A DNA stretch of 64,000 nucleotides. Origin: the human T2T-CHM13v2.0 reference genome, Homo sapiens. Position 1 is the stretch's first letter; each line of letters begins with the position of its first letter. Position numbers and translations under genes: made by a program. Below are positions 54,560-64,000 of this stretch, in pieces. Below the pieces are notes generated by a model. That model ran no database searches and had not been told where the DNA came from. It saw nothing but the letters and a program-made list of their open reading frames with translations. The stretch lies in the NCBI RefSeq assembly GCF_009914755.1, contig NC_060927.1; one strand, given 5' to 3'.

Positions 54560-55080
54560 GGAGGTGATGCATACTTCACAGGTTTTGATGAGGTATGAGT
54601 GAAGTGACACATTTAGGGTCAAAGACACAAATGAGAGAGACCCTTATGTAACTATAGAGAAAAATGTGTTGTCTGGTATGCTGAAACAAAGAGTTCAAGA
54701 AATGGAATAATTGAAGGTGATTCTGGAAAGCTGGATTGCACATTGAGTTCCAAGCCATGGAGTTTGGATTTTATTAAGTAAGTAGGCAACGAGAAGGCAT
54801 GGGAAAATTAAAACCTGATTAGGGTTGATCCCTTAGAAGATTAATCTGGGAATCAAGTTTAAGATGAACTGGAGCAAAGAGAAGGTAGAAATCAGGAGAC
54901 TAGTTAGCATCTATAACAAGAGTGCAGGTGAAAAATAATGCAGGCACGAATCACAAGATTTGGGCCAATAACAAGGGAGAAAATTGAACATATCTAGAGA
55001 CATTGTGTATACATTAGGAACATTTGTGGCTAGAAAAGATAAGACTTGGCAACTGACTGGAATGGAATTGATAACGGGGT
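54560..55080 (-). mobile_element. L2 fragment
   Basis: GGAGTTTGGATTTTATT..GTAGGCAA, TTAGAAGATTAATCTGG, CAGGAGACTAGTTAG. Confidence 0.55.
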
Positions 55081-55158
55081 GATGTATACACAATTGTGTT
55101 AATTCAACAAACATATGGTGAACTTTCACAGCCAGAACAAGCTGGCCACAATAAATGG

Positions 55159-55163
55159 TAATG

Positions 55164-55197
<34 letters not shown>

Positions 55198-55198
55198 T
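55159..55198. repeat. (AAT)n microsatellite
   Basis: TAATGATAATAATAAT... (poly-Ile in the spurious ORF 54911-55339). Confidence 0.9.
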
Positions 55199-55204
55199 AC
55201 AGAA

Positions 55205-55695
55205 GATTATAATGGCTACAAGTTCTTGGACATTCTTCCAATCAGGTGCTGAGGTCCAATTCTCTTCTCCTTGAATCTGGGAAGTATCAGCTGTAAACAA
55301 CAGAATGTTGTGTAAGTGAGGCTGTATGACTTCTAACAAGGTGAGGAAAGGTGGCAGTTTCTACCTGAGTCTCTTGGAACTTTCACTTTTGGGCTACTCC
55401 TTCTCAGAATTTAGCATCCATGCTGTGAGTAGTGCAAATGGCATGGAAAATGCCATGTGTAGGTGTCACATTGACAGCCCCAGAATGAAGCGCCTGCCTT
55501 GCGAATGAGCCATCCAGGATGTAGCACCCACTTGAGATGACTTCTGTCCTCTTTCCAATTACACCTGCATGACAGACTCCAAGGGAGAGCCACCCAGTAG
55601 AATCCTTTCCACAAAATCATGAGCAAAATAAAATGGATCTTTTAAGCCATTAAGTTTTGGGCTAATTGGTGATGCAGCAATAGAAAACCAGAACA
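55205..55695 (+). mobile_element. MLT1 (F/G-like) solo LTR
   Basis: AAATAAAATGG..TTTTAAGCCATTAAGTTTTGGG...GCAGCAATAGAAAACCAGAACA. Confidence 0.75.
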
Positions 55696-55919
55696 AACAG
55701 TCAACATGCATTAAATGCTTACTATGTACTATTTACTGTAACAAACATGTTATCTATATTTCCTCAACTAATCTTCTCAATAATCGTATTGCCCTTACTC
55801 TTAATTTAAAGCTCAGGAAACTGAAGCTTGCATATCTTGCTCATAATTGTACAGGTAGGATGTGGTATAACTAGAATTGGAAATGGGTCCAGAGCCTATG
55901 TATACTCTTAACCACTATG

Positions 55920-56415
55920 GTTGTTTCAGGCTGCATTCTTCCAGAAGACAGATCTGAGACAAGGAAGGATTCAAATGCAAGAAGTGTATTTGTAAGTTGA
56001 TTCCAGTAAACACCAGTAGGTTTGTGAAGAAGTGAAACAGGGAAGGGAAGGAAGTCAATAATAAATGAGTTTTTGAGTAAGTTGACCACTGCAGGCAACT
56101 GGAGCATGGACGTGCTGGGGAACTTTGAGTGACAGTGCAGAACATGCTTTAGAGTTATCTCAATTGAGGAGTGAAGGAGCTGGAGTATTTGTCCTCTATA
56201 ATTGGTTTCCATCTATAATGGATTGAGAGCTGCTTCCAGGGTTGTTAAGTCTCTGACACTTCTGGCTTGACCTGAACATAGGTGGAGTGTAGTCCCAAGA
56301 CCAGAAAAGAGCCCCCAGGCAGAGAGTCACAGGTGTTTGCAGTAAGCAGTCTTCCCATGTGTAGATGGGAATGCTTGAGAGTATATGGGAGGAAAAATGA
56401 CAGCATCTGTCTACA
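55920..56415 (-). mobile_element. ERVL LTR16-like solo LTR
   Basis: CCAGAAGACAGA.CTGAGACAAGGA...TTCAAATGCAAG..GTGTATTTG. Confidence 0.5.
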
Positions 56416-59022
56416 ATGGTGTTACACTCAAGCTCCTCTGACCACACAGATAAGAATTATAAAACATAAATAACACAGAAAAAGGTGACAATAACACACA
56501 AAAGGGCCTGTTTCCTAAAGTGCTTTCATTTGAGAAAATATATGGGTGTATCTGCATGTGTGTCTGTGGGTATAAAACCAAATTCACTTAGATTTTGTAA
56601 AAGTAAAGTTAAGGGAATAGTGAGCTACTGTCCTACTTCAGAGATGATCAAGGAGAGAAATAAAATTTCTCTCTCTACTTCTGTTGCGTGATCTCTTTCC
56701 ATTCATCTGCTTATTTGTGGCCAACTGTGGTCAAGAGAAAAAGTGAATATTTATTTTATGGTGCATTTATTTGACACTCATATTCACTTCAGCCACCTGA
56801 GTAAAACTGGAGTAGGAAACTGGGAATGTACCAGCTGCCTGGTGCATCTTCACAAAGTGCTAAAGCCCCAAAGCTAACACTAGGGAAAGAAATTTAGAAG
56901 CTCATTGAGAGCTTCTCATTGTGAAAATCATGCCAATTTTGTGTTTTTGTCTCTCTCTATTTCCTTTATATCATATCATAATAACCTGTGAAATACATGC
57001 TCTTTATAATTATTTATGTTTTGCCACTTTAAGTACATTTCAGGATCAGGAGGAATTGCTATGTGAGATTAGAACAAAGAAAGTTTACATTAATTTTATC
57101 ACTAATGATTTATGGTTTGGGGCTGAGCTTCTAAGTTTTAGAACTGGAGTATGAGAATGATAGCTAAAGACAGTAGTTAAGTGAATATCTGGGTGATATT
57201 TAGTCATCCTTGCCACAATTACAGTAATTGTGGAGTAGCAATATTAGGGTCAAAGGGAAGACAATGTGGGTAAATATGTTAACCCTGATAATTATAATTG
57301 CAGACCTTAAAAATTAATAGGTGGCAAGCTTAATGGAAACAACAGTCTCCATTTACTTTCAGTTTGCTATTCCCCTACATACATTTGTAAACTTGATAGC
57401 CTGTGTGTATTTAGCTCCTCGATTGGAAATTCTACATCTCATGATTTGCCTGTTGGGAACACATCTCCACATGCCCTTTTCCATGGGTAAACAATTTTTT
57501 AAAATCACTTCCACCTAGTGGAATGGGGAGCAAATGACTAAGGTAGCATAAATGATATGATTGAAGTACATGGACCAAGTCAAAATGTATTAGGTGAGAT
57601 GAAAGGAATTTTGGAGGTTTTAGTGAGTTTGGGAAAATAGGAAAGTTCCTAGACAAGGTCTAGTGGACATGGAAGCAAAAGAAAATGGAAAAACGAAGTA
57701 GAACAAGAGTGAATCTTGGACATTTTTCAGAGGCAAATACATATGCTTGTTTTTAATCCATAAGGTCAAATGCTTGCTCTTCTTAGGTTGGGCCATATGC
57801 TTAATACACTATGACAAAGACCAGAGTAAAGAGTATTAACTTCAAGGTCAGAACAATCTATTACTGATTCCATCACAAACTGGCTGTGTGACCTTGGGCA
57901 AATCATATCATGGCTCTGGGCCTCAACCAAAACAAAGAAAACAAAACCACAAAGGGTATGTGGAGTCTTTAAAATTCTTTCCAGCATTATGGATCTATAA
58001 AGTGTTACTTAACAGAAGCTCCACCTGGAAAAGAATTAAATCCTAAAGGAAAATAGCTTTTGTAATCATATCTGAACATTTAATTCGTCATTTGCTTTAT
58101 GACATATGCATGAGGCTTGTTTAAAATAACTTTACAAGGTTAATTACCAGTGCAGAATAGGATGATTGTGTCAGTAGTACAATATTTTGTTAGGCATGTG
58201 TGACAACATTGCAAAGTGGATCAGCTGCATGACTGTTTGTGATTTGGCGTCCCCTTAGTTTGAAGTGGCCACAGTCCTAAACATGTGATTTCCCCAATCT
58301 CCCGCATCTATGGATGAAATGTGTTCCATAAAATGTAACTAAAAGTAAAGCCTGTTGACAGTTTTTGAACTTTCAAGGAAGATATACCAAGGGCAGCAAA
58401 ACAGGGGACAAAGTTTTCCAGTAACTATGGTGCTACATAAATGGCAGCCTGTGAGTGCTTTCTAAGGAGTCATTATTTCATTCAACTACTGGCAAAATGC
58501 TTGTCCCAAACTAAGAGAGATACTTGAATTGGTTAGGCCATAATGTTGAAAAGTATCAATTTGTTGTTTAAATACTTACAATGATTCCTTGCCTTGTAAT
58601 AAAATTAGTTTCTTAAAAATATCTCTGTAAGCTCACTTTTTGAATAACCCACAAATAGCACCTTAATATCTAAGGAGGGATGATTTATAATCACAATTAC
58701 CTGGGTTTTGTATACCTAATGTGAATTTTTGCTTGCAGAAGGAAATTTGTCACAGTATTTCACTAGGGTAAGAAAATATAAGCACCTACCACAATAAACA
58801 TACTATTTTCCCAGGAGCATTTTACTTCTCTCTTCTCTTGGGAGAATAAAACCTTCAGTTTGACATCAGTTGAATTGTCAGTTGAAGGAGTATGGAATAT
58901 ATGCCATAAAGAAGAAATGCCAATTTTTCTGAGATTGTTAACAATAGTGACTATCATATTTATTTTTGTTGCAAATTATCTTTTCTCATGTGTGTGACCC
59001 TAAATAAAATGAGTTAGCATAG

Positions 59023-59409
<387 letters not shown>

Positions 59410-59584
59410 CTGTAGAAGGCATTAATCTACCTTTTTGCAATGTAAAATGCAACAGCTAAAAAGTCTCATGATTTAGATAAAGAGTTTAATCTCTGTGGCA
59501 TTTCCAGAAATATTTCTAGTTAGAAAAGTAACATGGCTGATGGGTACAAAAAACAACTGGAAGCCGTTTTAGCTTAGAAACTTG

Positions 59585-59602
59585 TCAAGGTCATTCTGAC
59601 CT
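59585..59602. promoter_or_regulatory. Perfect estrogen response element overlapping an ERR/NR5A site
   Basis: AGGTCA-TTC-TGACCT at 59588-59602; TCAAGGTCA at 59585-59593; motif match only. Confidence 0.6.
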
Positions 59603-60404
59603 AGACTAGAGGGATATATCTTTTATTCTCACTGAAAAGCGACCTGGTTAAGTGAGGTCAATGTTATTCTCATTTGTGCAGCTGCAGGGATATTGTTTTA
59701 TGTGTGCTGTGTACGCTCTGCTATTGTAGTAAGACGTGGCTAATAATTTGAAACCTTGTGTCAGCTGTTGACTGTAAAGAAAACTTGATAAAATATATAA
59801 AGTAGGAGGAAGAAAATAATTGGCTAGATAAAGTCAATGGAAACAGGGAAAATTGCATTTTATCTTTATTCTGTAAGATAGGCTTAAGCCTATGTCTGTT
59901 TTGACTAATTGTTTCTTAAAGTTTGTGCTAAAACATCTTTGATACCAAAACTTGTATGTTGACTGTCAGGGAAAGAAGGAGGAAGTAAAAATTAAACCAG
60001 AACTCTGGTCCAAACTGCAGTGATTTTTTTTTTTTTTTTTCAAACACAGGAGTAGAAAGGAATTGGGACAGACACTTAGAAAATTACCCACACTCGTTTG
60101 AATGAAATATTTTCCACCTTTAGACTCATGGTTCAATTCCTTACAATCTTAATTCCTTCCAAATGTGACTATGTCAGCAGACTAAAATGAAAAAGAGAAC
60201 TGACATAGTTATGGATAATACATATTTTTTACTACCTGCAAAGTATCCCACCCTTTATTGTACCAAAATTTGTTTAACAATCCACTATCACTGGATATTT
60301 AGGTTATCCTCCTGTCCCAATTTTTTTTGTGAATATCAGTGTGATGTTTTAATATCTTTATTGAATAAATAAATAGTTAAATGAATGATATAGTCCAGCT
60401 TCTT

Positions 60405-60803
60405 GCCTTTGCGGGCTGTATCAAAAGACTTCCTTGACCTCTGGTTTCTGGGTGGCCACGTTCAGCAAGGGTGAGTGGAAACACTGGCCAAGGTCAAAAG
60501 GAAGAGAAGAGGAGGGTTGGTGAGTATTTTCTCTAGGCTCCTTTCCTGCAGCCTTGCCTTGGACTGGCTATGTCCTTTGACTCAGATGACAGCTTCTACC
60601 AAGGTGGTCACCTCACGGGACTCTTCTTCCATGTTCTGGTAACTGCTCCCTCCTCCCTGCTCTTCAGGTCTAGGGGTGATAGTAGCTCTGCTGTTGCCAC
60701 TTCCTGGGTACTGGCAATTTCTCTACACCATTTACTAAATCCTCCTCAAATTGTTCTCATTTGAGTGTGCAATCTATGTCCTGCTGGGACACTGACTGAC
60801 ACA
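60405..60803 (+). mobile_element. LTR33-like ERVL solo LTR
   Basis: CCTCTGGTTTCTGG...TTGAGTGTGCAATCT..TCCTGCTGGGAC.CTGACTGACACA. Confidence 0.55.
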
Positions 60804-62332
60804 TACACTAAAGTGTTAACAGTGTGGGCTACTTGGTAACACTGAAATGTGGGAAGTGAGTTTCCCAACACGAACCAACATTTTGCTCCTTCGTATGTTT
60901 TGTGTATGATGTGGTGGTGGTGGTGGTGATATTTTTGCCTCCACAAATACATATTCTTAGAAGTATTTCTCACAAATGTACAAAGTGTTGATTCAGTGGA
61001 AATACATTCTGAAATAGGAAGTTAAAAAGTATAAAACGGTATGTATTATATTGTTTTTTGTTGAAACTATAGAATACATATAAGCATTTCTGAGAAGGTG
61101 GATTGTTAGAGACAAATTTTCTTCTTTGCTTTTTTCACATGCTCTAAACTCTCTACAATAAATATGTATTATATTGGTAAATAAACATTTTAAAATTATT
61201 AGCAAATGAACAAAAGTCTAAACATATATTAAGTCATATGCCAGTTGTAAGTAAGTAACTACAAAATGAATGAGCCTTGCTGTGTAGATTGCTGTTTACA
61301 CATATGCCAACGTGTTCTTCTCAGTAGAGTTCTCAGACAGACTCTGGCTGGAAGGATGTACCAAGGTCCCATGAACGCCTGCTACCCCTGATGGCTGCCA
61401 GCATTGCCAGGGGAGACCCTGGACCACTTTGAGCCACCTCCTCAGAATGTACCCTTCGTATTTCTTTCCCCTTCTACCCTTCTTTGCCTTCTTTTTCCTC
61501 AGGAAATTCCTTCCTCTGTCTTCTTCCTTTCCTATGTTCCTGACTGTGCCTCCAGTAATACCTTTGCCCAGTTGGATGCCTGGTTTTGTCTCATCATCCT
61601 TATTTTGGCTCTGTTTTCTGACTCCTGTTTATACCCATCTTTTCTGCTCTGCCATTCTGTGGGTGGTCTTCATGGAAACTGCCCTGAGCTCAGCCCAGCC
61701 CCTCTCCTCTTCCCTCCATACCTCACCGTCACGTGCCACCCTTCACCAAATCTCTATCAGCCTCATGGGTAGAGCTTGGGTGGTCTGATTTATAGCATTT
61801 ACCTTGTATATTATATAAAGTCCTGGATTTCTCTGAGAGGGAGAGAAAGAAACTTCTCATTTGAGTGTGATGCATGACAGGTAGATTCTATTATAATTTT
61901 TCATGTGCATGAATGAAGCCATGTGGGGTTTTACTGTTTAATCATTTCAAGTTTTAACTACACTAACTCAGCATATACTCACAACTTAGATGAAAGCTCT
62001 ATGCTGTTCCTTTCCTTTTTTGTAATATGCCTCATAAATCTGGAGATCTACAAGTGAAGTTTCGTGGAATTCTGTGCCTTTTCAATATGGACACATCTGT
62101 CTGTGGCTCCAAACCTGGCATATTTCAGAAATTCAGATAATTCTATGTGAAGAAAAATTTAAGTGAGGTAGGAAAATTATGTAACTGAAATGATCAAAGA
62201 CAGAGTGGCTTCTGTATGGAAACCAAAAGAGTAGTCCCTCTTAATTTTAGATATGTAGGGATGTCATTATTAAAATTCATTAAATCCTGAAGTAAAGATG
62301 GCAAAATTTACCAAATTCTAGACTTCTTCCTC

Positions 62333-62579
<247 letters not shown>

Positions 62580-62684
62580 TAGACTTCCTTTTATAGCTGG
62601 AAAATTGAATGTTTGGAATAGCTAGAGAACACTATAAAATTATTATTCTTTATCCTGAGGAGGATTCCATCTCATATAATATTT

Positions 62685-63130
62685 ATGCAGCAGTTTCTGT
62701 CAATGCTCTGTTCATATGCCCTTGGAACAGCTCACCATGTTGGTGCATGCCAACCTTGCTTCTGATGGTTAGCACCTGCGTCTTTGTCAGAGGGCTGCCC
62801 TTGGCTTTACAGAATCCACTTCATCCAGGTGATAATGTCTGCAATTCTTGTACCATTTGTGGGCATTCTTTAACCGGTAACTAGCAGCTGTAAGGGTACA
62901 AATATCCCTGTTCCCTTGACCAGTATTTTACAGTGTATCCTGCTTAATCTCTGGCATGAAGCTTCAGTTACTCACTGTAGTAGCTGGCTTAATGATGCAC
63001 TCTTATTTGTTGCCTTCCCTTCCCTGTATTACCTGCCTACTGGCATACTAATGTCCCTGCACCTCCCAAATAAACCATGTGCATTAATCCTTATGTCACA
63101 TCTGCTTCCTTAGGGAACCAGAAGATTACT
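62685..63130 (+). mobile_element. LTR16-like ERVL solo LTR
   Basis: CACCTCCCAAATAAACC..TGCA..AATCCTT..TC..TCTGCTTC..AGGGAACC. Confidence 0.55.
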
Positions 63131-64000
63131 AAAAAGGATATTAAGATTATGCCCCACCTTCTAAAGGATCATGGCAAATATTTGCCATGATTCCAAGCAG
63201 CTTTGCCCTTCATGTCACTATTTGCTGTTGGAGACAGCATTCAATAGGAAGGAACCACTGGAACAGCATGCTAGTTCTTATGTTCCTCTAAGAAAAAATT
63301 TTGTTGTAATAAAGTTGTTCTTGTTAGTGGTCACATTTGAGAAATTATGGATACTAAATTTGGAAACCAAACCTTAACTTTTGATGGAAAGTTTTGGATC
63401 TGGTGGGATTTGGAATGCTGCATCACTATATTTAGCTCTATGACAGAAAGACAGCCAGCAAGTCTGTCAAATAATAGGCTTTATTATTCACACAGTTCAG
63501 TCTTCCACTTAGAAATAAAAGCAAGTTATTTATTAACATTCACTTGACCAACAGTGGCTTAAGGGAAAAAAATATCCCTTGAGAGAAAAAAAAGTTTCAC
63601 GAAACTCCAAAGTTGTTAAACCTCTCAAAAATCTCCAGTGCTGTTTTACTTTGCCTGCTCTTTTAATTATAACACTTCATCACACAGTTCACTTTGGGCA
63701 AAACATTGTCATTGTGGAAGTACATGCCTCTGCATGTAGACATGACACTATATTTATAAACTTTCCCTAGTATTTACATTTGAAAATGTTATGAGACTAG
63801 CCATCACACATTTTTCCCATTTCTATTCACTCATATTTTTGTTTCATAAGCAAACATCAAATAGAAATGACACATATCTCTTTCTTGGTGATATCTCATC
63901 TTCCAGGGGTGTCTGTAATCAATTGTATGTGACTGTAGGAAAAGAATAAGCGTTACAGCAGAAGCAAGGTAGAGTGAACAGAGAGAGAGAGAGATAGTGA

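Noticed and set aside
54911-55339. 142-aa ORF with a hydrophobic poly-Ile stretch
   Set aside because: The poly-Ile is the (AAT)n microsatellite; flanks are L2 and MLT1 sequence
61404-61788. Two ~120-aa Phe/Leu/Ser-rich ORFs
   Set aside because: A pyrimidine-rich tract depletes stop codons; no domain evidence

Overview
Primate, very probably human, non-coding DNA (intronic or intergenic), AT-rich and dense in interspersed repeats. It holds seven Alus, a 2.1-kb 5'-truncated L1PA with a disrupted ORF2, and a tiny 5'-inverted L1PA. It also holds old L1M, L2 and MIR remnants, MaLR/ERVL solo LTRs (THE1, MST, MLT1, MLT2, LTR16/33-like) and DNA-transposon fossils (Tigger4, MER3/33, MER5, MER58). 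I can support no host protein-coding exon. The only recognisable proteins in the ORF track are L1 ORF2 fragments; the others are Alu, microsatellite or chance ORFs. I found no evidence of a wholly new biological system. The best signals are: (1) a 40-nt tailless 5S rRNA retrocopy with a perfect 17-bp TSD; (2) a twin-primed L1 with a 25-nt inversion, inserted at a hairpin; (3) an old AluS whose 3' end looks replaced by AluYa5-type sequence; (4) a perfect ERE overlapping an ERR site, near FOX/GATA motifs; (5) a homeodomain-motif-rich candidate conserved element; (6) a ~110-nt imperfect hairpin carrying RFX/E-box motifs; (7) a 79-bp non-tandem local duplication. Repeat subfamily names come from recalled consensus features, not a database search, and boundaries of old repeats are approximate.
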